Assembly (NCBI GenBank): GCA_035495615.1
Contig: DATJFP010000071.1
Span: 1,784-65,783 of the forward strand
DNA from: Verrucomicrobiia bacterium
GTDB lineage: Bacteria > Omnitrophota > Omnitrophia > Omnitrophales > Aquincolibacteriaceae
Direction: 5' to 3'
Length of the DNA stretch: 64,000 nucleotides
This document shows, in pieces, positions 27,945 through 37,592 of this stretch. The notes under the pieces were generated by a model that was not told where the DNA came from, ran no database searches, and saw only the letters and a program-made list of their open reading frames with translations. The stretch's first letter is position 1. The number at the start of each line of letters is the position of its first letter. Both the position numbers and the translations under genes were made by a program.

Positions 27945-29300
27945 ATGTTTCAAGCTTACGGAAATATTTTCAAAGTTCCTGAACTGCGCACGAAGGTTTT
28001 ATTCACGCTCTTTATTATTTTTATTTACCGCATCGGCGCTCACATTCCGACTCCGGGCATTGACGGGACGGCACTTGCTCGATTTTTTGCCAGCGTTTCG
28101 AGAAGTTCCGGCGGACAGCTCTTTGGCATCATGGGACTTTTTTCGGGCGGCGCTCTCCAGAAGGCGACGATTTTCGCGCTGGGGATCATGCCGTACATTT
28201 CGTCGTCGATCATCCTGCAGCTTCTGACGGTAGTCATTCCGCAGCTTGAAAAGATGGCCAAGGAAGGCGAAGAAGGCCGGAAGCAGATCATTCAGATGAC
28301 GCGCTACGGCACGATCATCCTGAGCATCATCCAGACCTTCTTCATTTCGCTGTGGCTGGAAAACCCGAACGCGTTCCAGGGTACGGTCATCGTGCCGAAT
28401 CCCGGATGGGGATTCCGGCTCATGACGATCCTCACGCTCACGACGGGCTCGGCGTTCATCATGTGGCTGGGCGAACAGATCGACGAATACGGCATTGGCA
28501 ACGGTATGTCGCTGGTCATCACCGCGGGCATCATCGACTCGATCCCGACGGCGCTGTGGCAGACCTACACGCTCCTTTCGCCGTTTGATCCGGCGCGGCA
28601 GCAGCTGCCCTGGTGGAAGTTCGGGCTCATGCTCGTGCTCTTTATCATCACCGTGGTCGGCGTCATCCTGATCATTCAGGGACAGAGAAAGATCCCGGTG
28701 CAGTACGCGAAGCAGATCCGGGGGCACCGGATGTACGGCGGGCAGAGCACCTACCTGCCGCTGAAGGTGAACCAGGCGGGCGTCATGCCGATCATCTTCG
28801 CCCAATCGGTGATCTTGTTTCCGGCGACGCTGGCCGGCTTTTTCCCGCATGCGGGCCCGCTTACGACGATGGCCCGGGGATTGCAGCACGGAACGATTAC
28901 TTATTCGATCCTGTATGCGTTCATGATTTTCTTTTTTACGTTCTTTTATACGGCGATCACGTTCAATCCGATCGAGGTCAGCGAGAACCTCCAGAAGTTC
29001 GGTGGCTTTGTTCCAGGCATAAGGCCGGGAAAAAACACCTCGGAATACCTGGATTACGTGATGACGAGGATCGCCGCGAGCGGGGCCATTTTTCTGGCCG
29101 TGATTGCATTGTTTCCGGATTTTATGTCTTCGCCCAGGATTCTGAACATTCCGTTTCTCATCGCCAGCTTTTTCGGCGGCACGGGGCTCCTGATCATCGT
29201 AGGCGTGATTCTGGACACCGTGAAACAGATCGAATCCCAGCTGCTCATGCGTCACTACGAGGGATTCGTCAAAAAAGGAAAGTTGAAGGCCAGACGATGA
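27945..29300 (+). CDS. secY: preprotein translocase subunit SecY
   Basis: 451 aa with 10 TM segments. Confidence 0.97.
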   Translation: MFQAYGNIFKVPELRTKVLFTLFIIFIYRIGAHIPTPGIDGTALARFFASVSRSSGGQLFGIMGLFSGGALQKATIFALGIMPYISSSIILQLLTVVIPQLEKMAKEGEEGRKQIIQMTRYGTIILSIIQTFFISLWLENPNAFQGTVIVPNPGWGFRLMTILTLTTGSAFIMWLGEQIDEYGIGNGMSLVITAGIIDSIPTALWQTYTLLSPFDPARQQLPWWKFGLMLVLFIITVVGVILIIQGQRKIPVQYAKQIRGHRMYGGQSTYLPLKVNQAGVMPIIFAQSVILFPATLAGFFPHAGPLTTMARGLQHGTITYSILYAFMIFFFTFFYTAITFNPIEVSENLQKFGGFVPGIRPGKNTSEYLDYVMTRIAASGAIFLAVIALFPDFMSSPRILNIPFLIASFFGGTGLLIIVGVILDTVKQIESQLLMRHYEGFVKKGKLKARR

Positions 29301-29956
29301 GAGTGATCTTTTTGGGGCCCCCGGGCGCGGGCAAAGGAACGCATGCGAAAATGCTTGCCGGAAACTTCCACCTCGCGCATCTGGCCGCGGGCGATTGCCT
29401 CCGCCGCCATATTCGCGGCGAGACGAAGCTCGGCGCGAAGGCCAAAGACATCATCGCTAAAGGCGAGCTGGTTCCGGACGCGCTCGTGAACGAAATGATG
29501 GAAGAAGAAATCTGGCGTTCCCGAAGCATGTTCCGCGGATTTATTCTGGACGGTTATCCCAGAACGATCAAGCAGGGCGAGGCGCTGGACAAGTATTGCA
29601 AGAAGGAAAAGTTCTCGATCAATGGGGCCATTAATTTCAAGGCTACCGACGGCGTGATCGTAGAGCGCCTCGGCGGACGCCTCGCCTGTGTTCAGTGCGG
29701 TGCGAATTTTCACCTGAAAAACATTCAGCCTAAAAAAGACGGCGTCTGCGACAAATGCGGCGGCGAGTTGAAGCAGCGGGCGGACGACAAGCCCGAGACC
29801 GTAAAGCATCGTCTCGAGGTTTATCACAAGGAGTCGGAGCCGCTCATCGAGTATTACAAGAGCAAGAACATGCTGACCGAAGTGGACGGGGACCTGGCCT
29901 TGAATCCCCTTCAGGAAATTTTGACCAAGATCTTTGAAAGCTATAAGGCAAAATGA
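29297..29956 (+). CDS. adk: adenylate kinase with Cys4 zinc lid
   Basis: Start MRVIFLGPPGAGKGT at 29297, overlapping the secY stop; CVQCG...CDKCG motif. The track ORF from 28613 is an out-of-context extension. Confidence 0.94.
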   Translation: MRVIFLGPPGAGKGTHAKMLAGNFHLAHLAAGDCLRRHIRGETKLGAKAKDIIAKGELVPDALVNEMMEEEIWRSRSMFRGFILDGYPRTIKQGEALDKYCKKEKFSINGAINFKATDGVIVERLGGRLACVQCGANFHLKNIQPKKDGVCDKCGGELKQRADDKPETVKHRLEVYHKESEPLIEYYKSKNMLTEVDGDLALNPLQEILTKIFESYKAK

Positions 29957-30711
29957 TTTCGCTGAAATCCAAGCGGGAAATCGAGATCATGCGCGAGGCC
30001 GCGCAGATCTTGAAGCAGGTCTTTGTCAAAGTAAAGCCGGAAATAAGAGCGGGCATCACGACGCAGGAACTTGACCGCATCGCCGAGGACGTGATCCGCG
30101 GCATGGGCGGGGAGCCGGCCTTCAAAGGTTACCGCGGGTTTCCCGCGACCGCCTGCATCTCGGTGAACGAGGAAGTGGTCCACGGGATTCCGGGCCCCCG
30201 CAAGCTCGAAAAAGGCGACATCATCAGCGTGGATTGCGGCGTGGGGCTGAAAGGCTATTTCGTCGATGCCGCGCGGACCTGGCTCGTGGAAGGCGCAGAC
30301 GCGGAAAAGCAGAAGCTGATCGATACGGCCCATGATTCTTTCGAGGCGGGACTCGCGCAGTACTCGCCGGGATGCCGCATCGGCGACATCTCGGAAGCGA
30401 TCCAGAAATTGATCGAATCCCGGGGCTACGACGTGGTGCGGGATTTCGTCGGCCACGGCATCGGGCGCGCGATTCACGAAGAGCCGCAGGTGCCCAATTA
30501 CGGAAAGGCCGGCCGCGGTCCCAAAATCGAAACGGGCCTTTGCCTCGCGATCGAGCCGATGGTGACCGAGGGCCATCACGCGGTGGCCGTTCTCGAGGAC
30601 GGGTGGACCGTGATAACTCAGGACGGCAGCCTCTCGAGCCATTACGAAGACACGGTGGTTTTTACCGAAGAGGGCGTCGTCAATCTGACGGGGCCTGAAA
30701 GCAAGCAGTAG
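29953..30711 (+). CDS. map: type I methionine aminopeptidase
   Basis: 252 aa; ATGA overlap with adk. Confidence 0.94.
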   Translation: MISLKSKREIEIMREAAQILKQVFVKVKPEIRAGITTQELDRIAEDVIRGMGGEPAFKGYRGFPATACISVNEEVVHGIPGPRKLEKGDIISVDCGVGLKGYFVDAARTWLVEGADAEKQKLIDTAHDSFEAGLAQYSPGCRIGDISEAIQKLIESRGYDVVRDFVGHGIGRAIHEEPQVPNYGKAGRGPKIETGLCLAIEPMVTEGHHAVAVLEDGWTVITQDGSLSSHYEDTVVFTEEGVVNLTGPESKQ

Positions 30712-30720
30712 AGGCGGCGG

Positions 30721-30939
30721 ATGTCAAAAGAAGATGCGATCGAAGTCGAGGGAGTCGTGGTCGAGCCGCTCCCGAACGCCATGTTTCGCGTCCAGCTTGA
30801 AAACGGGCACAAAGTGCTCGCGCACATTTCGGGAAAGATGAGGATGAATTACATCCGCATCCTCCCGGGCGACAAGGTGAAGCTTGAGCTTTCACCGTAT
30901 GATTTGACGCGCGGCCGCATTACGTTTCGAATTAAATAA
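30721..30939 (+). CDS. infA: translation initiation factor IF-1
   Basis: 72 aa S1-like fold. Confidence 0.95.
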   Translation: MSKEDAIEVEGVVVEPLPNAMFRVQLENGHKVLAHISGKMRMNYIRILPGDKVKLELSPYDLTRGRITFRIK

Positions 30940-30951
30940 ATCGAGGGTGTC

Positions 30952-31065
30952 ATGAAAGTTCGCAGTTCGGTTCGCAGAATTTGTGAAAATTGCAAGATCG
31001 TTCGCCGCAAACGCACGGTCTACGTTATTTGTTCGAACCCCAAGCACAAACAGAGGCAGGGGTAA
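30952..31065 (+). CDS. rpmJ: 50S ribosomal protein L36 (zinc-ribbon type)
   Basis: 37-aa [40 protein letters not shown] translated by hand; it is below the ORF-track size cutoff. Confidence 0.92.
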   Translation: MKVRSSVRRICENCKIVRRKRTVYVICSNPKHKQRQG

Positions 31066-31102
31066 ATTGACCGGCCGTTCAGGCCGCCAGAAGGAGTAAG
31101 TT

Positions 31103-31489
31103 ATGCCGCGTATTTTGGGTGTGGACATTCCCCGTGAAAAAAATGTTTGGATCGCGTTGACCTATCTTTACGGGGTCGGCCGCACGAATTCCAAGGAAAT
31201 CCTGAAGAAGGCGAAAGTGGATCCGATCAAGCGCGCCAAGGACCTCACGGAAGCCGAGATCTCCACCATCACGACGGTGATCCAGGAAAACGTGAAGATC
31301 GAGGGTGATCTGCGCCGTGAAGTGCAGCAGAACATCAAGCGTCTCATGGACATTCGCTGCTATCGCGGCATGCGCCACATCAAGGGCCTCCCTTGCCGTG
31401 GACAGAGGACCCATACCAACGCAAGAACGCGCAAGGGCCCGCGGCGCGTCGTCGGCGGAGTCAACAAGAAGCCGCCCGCGCCTAAATAA
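31103..31489 (+). CDS. rpsM: 30S ribosomal protein S13
   Basis: 128 aa. Confidence 0.95.
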   Translation: MPRILGVDIPREKNVWIALTYLYGVGRTNSKEILKKAKVDPIKRAKDLTEAEISTITTVIQENVKIEGDLRREVQQNIKRLMDIRCYRGMRHIKGLPCRGQRTHTNARTRKGPRRVVGGVNKKPPAPK

Positions 31490-31505
31490 GGGATAAGAGG
31501 AAACC

Positions 31506-31877
31506 ATGGCAAAAAAGAAAAAACTCAAGAGCGTCTCCCGGGCCCACGCCCACATCAACGCGAGCTTCAACAATACGGTGGTCACGATCACCGACCCGCA
31601 GGGCAATGCGATTTGCTGGGCCTCTTCGGGTTCCGCGGGCTTCAAGGGTTCTAAAAAGTCGACGCCTTTTGCCGCTCAGGTGGCTTCGGAACAGGCCGCG
31701 AAAAAGGCCGCCGAGTTCGGAGTTAAAGAAGTGGAAGTTTTTATTAAGGGACCCGGCGCGGGCCGGGAATCGGCGATTCGCGCTCTCCAGGCCGCCGGCC
31801 TTCAGGTGAGCGCCATTCATGACATCACGCCGATTCCGCACAACGGCTGCCGCCCCCCCAAACGGAGGAGAGTGTAA
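31506..31877 (+). CDS. rpsK: 30S ribosomal protein S11
   Basis: 123 aa. Confidence 0.95.
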   Translation: MAKKKKLKSVSRAHAHINASFNNTVVTITDPQGNAICWASSGSAGFKGSKKSTPFAAQVASEQAAKKAAEFGVKEVEVFIKGPGAGRESAIRALQAAGLQVSAIHDITPIPHNGCRPPKRRRV

Positions 31878-32500
31878 TGGGAAGGTATACTGGACCCGCT
31901 GTCAGGCTTAGCCGCCGCGAGGGCGTTAACCTTTATTTGAAAGGCAGCCGCCGCTCCGACGACAAGATCGCCAAGCGCCTCGAGCTTCCTCCGGGCATGC
32001 ACGGCGCGCGCCGCAAGAAATCTTCGGACTACGGCCTGCAGCTTCGCGAAAAGCAGAAGCTTAAGAGGATTTACGGCCTGCTCGAAAGGCAGTTCCGCGT
32101 TTTCTTCAACCGCGCGAACCGCAAGCAGGGCGTCACCGGCGAAAACCTGATCCAGCTTTTGGAAACGCGCCTGGACAACGTGGTCTACCGGCTTCTTTAC
32201 GCGCAGACCCGCCGTGAATCCAGGCAGATGGTCAATCACGGCCACATTCAGGTGAACGGCAAGACCGTGACCATTCCCTCGTATTCCGTGAAAGTGGGCG
32301 ACGTCATCACGCCCAAGAGCAAAGAAGCCACGATCGCGCGCGTGAAAGCCAGGATGGAAACGCTCGAGGATTTTCCGGTTTCGGACTGGCTTTCGCTTGA
32401 CCGCAAATCGCTCGCCGGCACTGTGATGAGGCTGCCGACGAAAGCCGATGCCCAGCTTCCCGTGGAAGAATCGCTGATCGTCGAATTGTTCTCCAAGTAA
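31877..32500 (+). CDS. rpsD: 30S ribosomal protein S4
   Basis: 207 aa; 1-nt overlap with the rpsK stop. Confidence 0.95.
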   Translation: MGRYTGPAVRLSRREGVNLYLKGSRRSDDKIAKRLELPPGMHGARRKKSSDYGLQLREKQKLKRIYGLLERQFRVFFNRANRKQGVTGENLIQLLETRLDNVVYRLLYAQTRRESRQMVNHGHIQVNGKTVTIPSYSVKVGDVITPKSKEATIARVKARMETLEDFPVSDWLSLDRKSLAGTVMRLPTKADAQLPVEESLIVELFSK

Positions 32501-32614
32501 GAAAGTTTTTTGTAAGAGTTTTATTTGAAGGCGCGATATCCGAGGCGTTTTCAAAATCAAGACAGGTTGGATGACCTGACCGTGACTGTTTCAGATTCTA
32601 AGGAGGAATGAAAA

Positions 32615-33616
32615 ATGGGAATTCGCTGGAAAACCTTCGAAATGCCGAAAAGGCTCGAAGTTGAGAAACAGACCCTGACCCCGACTTACGGGAAATTCTT
32701 TGCAGAGCCTTTCGAGAGAGGATATGGAACGACGATCGGCAACGCGCTCCGCCGCGTCCTGATTTCGTCGATCGAAGGCGCTGCCGTTACGAACATCAAG
32801 GTCGAAGGCATGGCCCACGAATTTTCGGCCCTCGACGGCGTTCGTGAAGACGGTTCCCAGATCGTCCTCAATATTAAAAAGGTCGTCCTTCGCTATCACG
32901 GCAAGGGCCCGAAGACGCTCGTCATCGACGTCAAGAAAAACGGCCCTGTGCTTGCGAAAGACATCCAGACCGACGAGACCGTGGAAGTTGTGAATCCGGA
33001 TATGGTCATCTGCACGCTGACCAAAGACCGTCAGTTCCGCATGGAGCTCGAAATCGGCCGCGGCCGCGGTTACGTTCCCGCGGAACGCAACAAGCCGGAA
33101 AACGCGTCCATCGGCACGATCCCGGTCGACTCGCTCTTTTCTCCGATCACGAAGGTGAACTTCATGGTCGAAGACACGCGCGTCGGTCAGATCACTGACT
33201 ACGACCGCCTGATCCTCGAGATCTGGACCAACGGCGCTATGAACCCGGAGGAAGCGCTTCTTTACGCCTCCAACATCAACCAGCGCCACCTCGACATCTT
33301 CGTCAACTACGGGGAACTCCCGGAGGAAGAGGAAGAAGAGGAAGTGGTCGAAGACACCGCTTTCAAAGAACTGATTTCCAAGCCGATCAGCGAGCTGGAA
33401 CTTTCGGTCCGCAGTGCGAACTGCCTGGAAGCCGCCAACATCAAGACGATCGGCGACCTGATCCAGAAGACCGAAGCTCAGATGCTCAAGTACAAGAACT
33501 TCGGCAAGAAGTCGCTTTCGGAAATTACGGCTATACTGACCGGCATGGGCCTCACGTTCGGCATGAACATCGAGGAACGCCTGAAGAAGGTCGCCGCGGA
33601 AAAGGCCAAAGTCTAA
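32615..33616 (+). CDS. rpoA: DNA-directed RNA polymerase subunit alpha
   Basis: 333 aa with N-terminal dimerisation domain and C-terminal domain; AAGGAGG RBS. Confidence 0.97.
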   Translation: MGIRWKTFEMPKRLEVEKQTLTPTYGKFFAEPFERGYGTTIGNALRRVLISSIEGAAVTNIKVEGMAHEFSALDGVREDGSQIVLNIKKVVLRYHGKGPKTLVIDVKKNGPVLAKDIQTDETVEVVNPDMVICTLTKDRQFRMELEIGRGRGYVPAERNKPENASIGTIPVDSLFSPITKVNFMVEDTRVGQITDYDRLILEIWTNGAMNPEEALLYASNINQRHLDIFVNYGELPEEEEEEEVVEDTAFKELISKPISELELSVRSANCLEAANIKTIGDLIQKTEAQMLKYKNFGKKSLSEITAILTGMGLTFGMNIEERLKKVAAEKAKV

Positions 33617-33641
33617 GAATTTACCTTAAGAAGAGGAAGCC

Positions 33642-34256
33642 ATGCGCCATCGTAAACTCAGAAGAAAGCTCGGACGTAAGAACGAGCACCGGGTTGCCCT
33701 GCTGCGGAACCTGGTCCGGGCTCTCGTCGCCCACAAGAAAATCCATACCACGCTGATCAAGGCCAAAGAAGCGAGCGCTTTTTCGGATAACATGATCGAA
33801 CTCGCCAAGCGGGGCGACCTGCACGCGCGGCGTCTTCTCGTGTCGCGTCTGCGCTGTGTGGAAACGACAGACCTTCTGATCAAGACGATTGCGCCGGCTT
33901 TCAAGGACCGCAAAGGCGGTTACACGCGCGTTCTGAAACTGGGCAACAGGCCCGGCGACGGCGCTCCCAAGGCGATCCTCGAATTTACAGTTCCTTTCGA
34001 AGTCCCCGTCAAGGAACCCAAGAAGAAAAAGCCCAAAAAGGAAGAACACCCGAAAGCGGCCGAAGCCGAAGCCCCTGCCAAGAAGGCCAAGGGCAAGGAA
34101 AAGGCCAAGCCCGAGCCGAAGTCCAAGGCCAAGGAACACGCCGAGGAAGCGAAGCCCGAGAAAAAGGGCGAGGCCGAGACGCCCGACAAGAAAGAGGGCG
34201 ATAAGAAGGGCGGCTTTTTGGGCACGCTGCGCAAGTTCCTCAAGGGCGACGAATAA
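33642..34256 (+). CDS. rplQ: 50S ribosomal protein L17 with ~85-aa Lys/Glu/Ala/Pro-rich C-terminal tail
   Basis: The L17 core occupies residues 1-120 and is followed by a low-complexity basic/acidic tail. Confidence 0.93.
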   Translation: MRHRKLRRKLGRKNEHRVALLRNLVRALVAHKKIHTTLIKAKEASAFSDNMIELAKRGDLHARRLLVSRLRCVETTDLLIKTIAPAFKDRKGGYTRVLKLGNRPGDGAPKAILEFTVPFEVPVKEPKKKKPKKEEHPKAAEAEAPAKKAKGKEKAKPEPKSKAKEHAEEAKPEKKGEAETPDKKEGDKKGGFLGTLRKFLKGDE

Positions 34257-34356
34257 CCGCGGTTTTCCGGACTAATTTCAACCACGACAAACGGAAAACA
34301 GGGAATTTTTCGTATGCTTCCCACGAAAAATTCTCATTCGAATCTAATTCCACTTT

Positions 34357-35544
34357 ATGCTGAGTTCCGTCCCGACCATGGAATTGTCAAAGAAAGTTGC
34401 CTCTGCCGAAGCCTCGGTGACTTTGGCGATTGCCGCCAAGGCCGCGGAGCTTCAGAAAAAAGGCATCGACGTCATCTCCCTCAGCGCCGGCGAGCCGGAT
34501 TTTGATACCCCGGCGTTTATTAAGCAGGCCGCGATCGACGCCCTGAACAAGGGCATCACCAAGTACACGCCCGCCACGGGAACGCTCGCAATCCGCGAAG
34601 CGGTTTGCCGCAAATTCAAACGCGACCAGAACCTTACATACCCGCCCGATCAGATCATCGTTTCCGGCGGAGCCAAGCATTCCATCTTCAATGTATTTTT
34701 CGCGCTCCTCAATGAGGGCGATGAAGTTCTCATTCCTGCGCCGTTCTGGCTGAGCTATCCGTCCATGGTCGAATACTGCGGCGGGGTTTCGATCATTGTC
34801 CCGACCGACGAGAGCACGGAGTTCAAGATCACTCCCGAGCATTTGAGAAAGTGCCTCACCCCAAAGACGAAAGTGTTCGTGCTCAACTCTCCGTCGAATC
34901 CGACGGGCGCCGTTTACACGCGCGCGGAGCTCGAAGCGCTCGTGAAAGTGCTGAAAGAATTTCCCCGCGTCGTGATCCTCTCCGACGAAATTTACGAAGC
35001 GCTCCTTTTCGACGGCCGCAAGCACGAGTCGATCGCGGCGCTCGATCCGGAAATGACGGCGCGCACCGTCATCGTGAACGGTCACAGCAAGGCCTACGCC
35101 ATGACCGGCTGGAGGCTGGGTTATGCGGCCTGCCCCAACAAAGAGCTCGCAAAAGCGATTGCCGCGTTCCAGAGCCATTCGACGTCGAACCCGACGGCGT
35201 TCGCGCAGGCCGGCGGTGTCGTAGCTCTCGATCAGGGATGGGAAGAAGCCAAGAAAATGTGCGCGGTGTACGAAAAACGGCGCGGCATGTTTTACGATCT
35301 CATTGCCGCGGTGCCGCAGCTTGTGCCCTTCAAGCCGCAGGGCGCGTTTTATCTTTTCGTGAACGTGAAAAAGTCCGGCCTTTCTTCCTCGGCGCTCACG
35401 CAGAAGCTTCTGGAAGAAGCGCATGTCGCGGTCGTTCCCGGCGAACCTTTCGGCAGCGACGCGCACATCCGCATGAGCTTCGCGACTTCCGAAGCCAAAC
35501 TCCAGGAAGCGGCCAAGCGCATCGCGGCCTGGTTCAAGAAGTAA
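34357..35544 (+). CDS. class I (aspartate/aromatic family) PLP-dependent aminotransferase; possible alternative start at 34378
   Basis: 395 aa; the SGGAKHS...NPTG...SKAYAMTGWRLGY region includes the PLP-binding lysine context. Confidence 0.85.
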   Translation: MLSSVPTMELSKKVASAEASVTLAIAAKAAELQKKGIDVISLSAGEPDFDTPAFIKQAAIDALNKGITKYTPATGTLAIREAVCRKFKRDQNLTYPPDQIIVSGGAKHSIFNVFFALLNEGDEVLIPAPFWLSYPSMVEYCGGVSIIVPTDESTEFKITPEHLRKCLTPKTKVFVLNSPSNPTGAVYTRAELEALVKVLKEFPRVVILSDEIYEALLFDGRKHESIAALDPEMTARTVIVNGHSKAYAMTGWRLGYAACPNKELAKAIAAFQSHSTSNPTAFAQAGGVVALDQGWEEAKKMCAVYEKRRGMFYDLIAAVPQLVPFKPQGAFYLFVNVKKSGLSSSALTQKLLEEAHVAVVPGEPFGSDAHIRMSFATSEAKLQEAAKRIAAWFKK

Positions 35545-35581
35545 CCTTCCGTTCCCGCGAAATCATCCGTCCTTCTCCCTA

Positions 35582-35590
35582 TGCTACAAT
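35582..35590 (+). promoter_or_regulatory. extended -10 promoter element TGcTACAAT upstream of the mfd-like gene
   Basis: TG-N-TACAAT lies 25 nt upstream of ATG 35615, with GGAGG between them; the -35 is weak. Confidence 0.35.
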
Positions 35591-35614
35591 AGCTCTCCGG
35601 AGGCCTGTGTTTCC

Positions 35615-37507
35615 ATGGAGCTCGAGCGTTTGAAGGTAGGGCAGAACATCGCCTACGAACAGCTGGAAGAGGTCTTCTCCCGGCTTAATTACCAGAAAAC
35701 CGACTTTGTGACCGAGCCCGCGCAGTACGCGCTGCGCGGCGCCACGGTCGACATCTATCCTCTGACTTACCGAGCGCCCGTGCGGCTCGAATTCCAGCTC
35801 GACCAGGTCGCCTCCATCCGCGACTTTTCTCCCGTGGACGGCAAGTCCATGGCGTCCTTCGAAGAAGTCTTCCTTATTCCGCTGAACGACCGCCAAAAAA
35901 ACAAGATCTCGAAACTGCGCGAACGCTTTGCCTCGTTTGAAGCGCTGACCGAGACCAAGGACCTCGAGCGCGGTGATTACGTCGTCCATTTCACTTACGG
36001 CATCGGCAGGTTTCTCGGCACGAAAGTCATCCAGATCAAGGGCGTGCGGAAAAAGACGCTGGCCCTCGAATATGCGAACAAGGAAATCCTTTATGTCGAC
36101 CCCGACGATCCGGTCGAGCGCTATATCGGCGGCGAGGGCACGGCACCGAGACTGACCAAGCTCAACACCAAGGAGTGGGAGCGTATCAAAGAGAAGACGC
36201 GCCTTGCGGTCAAGAACGTGGCGCATGACCTTCTCGAGCTGCAGGCGAAGCGCAGTTTTTTGAAAGGCTCGTCGTTTCCGCCGGACAATGCGTGGCAGAA
36301 AGAGTTCGAAGCGGAATTTCCTTTCGAAGAAACTCCGGACCAGCTGAAGGCCGCGGACGAAGTGAAGAAAGACATGGAAAGCCGGCAGCCCATGGACCGG
36401 CTCTTATGCGGCGACGTGGGCTACGGCAAGACTGAAGTCGCGATGCGGGCGGCGTTCAAAGCCGTGACGGGCGGGCGCCAGGCCGCCATCCTCGTGCCGA
36501 CCACGGTGCTGGCGGAGCAGCATTACATCGTCCTGAAAAGGCGGGTGAAGAGTTTTCCCGTTTCCATCGGTGTGCTGTCGCGCTTCCAGTCGCGCAAGCA
36601 GCAGCTGGAAACCGTGGCCGCGGTCAAGGAAGGGAAGGTCGACATCGTGGTCGGGACGCATCGCCTGCTTTCGAAAGACGTGCAGTTCAAGGACCTGGGG
36701 CTTGTCATCATCGACGAAGAGCAGCGCTTCGGCGTGCGCCACAAAGAAAAATTGAAACAGCTCCGGCATCTTGTCGACGTGCTTTCGCTCACCGCGACGC
36801 CGATCCCCCGCACGCTCTACATGTCGCTCATGGGCGTGCGTGACATGTCGGTGATCAATACGCCGCCGAAGAACCGCCTGCCTATTGAGACCTATGTGCT
36901 CCAATATGATGAACGCAAGATTACCATGGCCGTCGAAAAGGAACTTGCGCGCGGCGGGCAGGTTTACTTCATCCACAACCGCGTGCAGTCGATCGAGAAA
37001 ATCTCCGAGAACCTGCGCGAGATCATGCCTCACGTGCGGTTCTGCGTGGCACACGGCCAGATGCCGCCGCAGGAACTGGAAACGGTGATGCAGGAATTCA
37101 TGGAAAGGCGCGCGGACTGCCTGATCAGCACGAACATCATCGAGTCCGGCATCGACATCCCGAACGTGAACACGATCATCGTCAACCGCGCGGATCAGTT
37201 CGGGCTCGCGGACCTTTACCAGCTGCGCGGAAGGGTGGGCCGCTTCCAGGAAAAGCGGCAGGCTTATGCGTATTTTTTTGTGCCCAAGAATTGGGTGCTC
37301 ACCTCCGACGCGGAAAAACGGCTGGCCGCCATCGAGCGCTTCACGGACCTGGGGTCAGGATTCAAGATCGCGCTGGAAGACCTGGAGATTCGCGGCGCGG
37401 GAAATCTCCTGGGCCACGAGCAAAGCGGCTTCATCCATGCCGTGGGTTTTGACCTTTATTGCCGCATGCTCCGCAAGGCCATTGAAGATCAAAAGAAGCA
37501 GAAGTAA
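35615..37507 (+). CDS. mfd: compact Mfd-like transcription-repair coupling factor (RNAP-interacting CarD/TRCF domain plus SF2 translocase) lacking the N-terminal UvrB-homology D1a/D1b/D3 modules and the C-terminal D7 domain
   Basis: 630 aa: RGDYVVHFTYGIGRF (RID), Walker A LLCGDVGYGKTEVAMRAAF, DEEQRFGV and the TRG region, ending soon after GFDLYCRMLRKAIEDQ. Flanking gaps of 70 and 85 nt leave no room for the missing domains. Confidence 0.8.
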   Translation: MELERLKVGQNIAYEQLEEVFSRLNYQKTDFVTEPAQYALRGATVDIYPLTYRAPVRLEFQLDQVASIRDFSPVDGKSMASFEEVFLIPLNDRQKNKISKLRERFASFEALTETKDLERGDYVVHFTYGIGRFLGTKVIQIKGVRKKTLALEYANKEILYVDPDDPVERYIGGEGTAPRLTKLNTKEWERIKEKTRLAVKNVAHDLLELQAKRSFLKGSSFPPDNAWQKEFEAEFPFEETPDQLKAADEVKKDMESRQPMDRLLCGDVGYGKTEVAMRAAFKAVTGGRQAAILVPTTVLAEQHYIVLKRRVKSFPVSIGVLSRFQSRKQQLETVAAVKEGKVDIVVGTHRLLSKDVQFKDLGLVIIDEEQRFGVRHKEKLKQLRHLVDVLSLTATPIPRTLYMSLMGVRDMSVINTPPKNRLPIETYVLQYDERKITMAVEKELARGGQVYFIHNRVQSIEKISENLREIMPHVRFCVAHGQMPPQELETVMQEFMERRADCLISTNIIESGIDIPNVNTIIVNRADQFGLADLYQLRGRVGRFQEKRQAYAYFFVPKNWVLTSDAEKRLAAIERFTDLGSGFKIALEDLEIRGAGNLLGHEQSGFIHAVGFDLYCRMLRKAIEDQKKQK

Positions 37508-37592
37508 GCTCGCTCAGACCTCTCCAAGACCCCTGATTTGGCGGGCTTTCCGGCCTTGAAAAGCGTTCCTTCTTATGATATAAGAAGGCCTT

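Noticed and set aside
32501-32614. Internal promoter or terminator in the 114-nt rpsD-rpoA spacer
   Set aside because: It is AT-rich but has no convincing -35/-10 pair or hairpin; only the AAGGAGG RBS is clear.
34314-34505. 63-aa ORF overlapping the hairpin and aminotransferase start
   Set aside because: It is out of frame with the aminotransferase and has no RBS. Its start codon lies in the loop of the palindrome.
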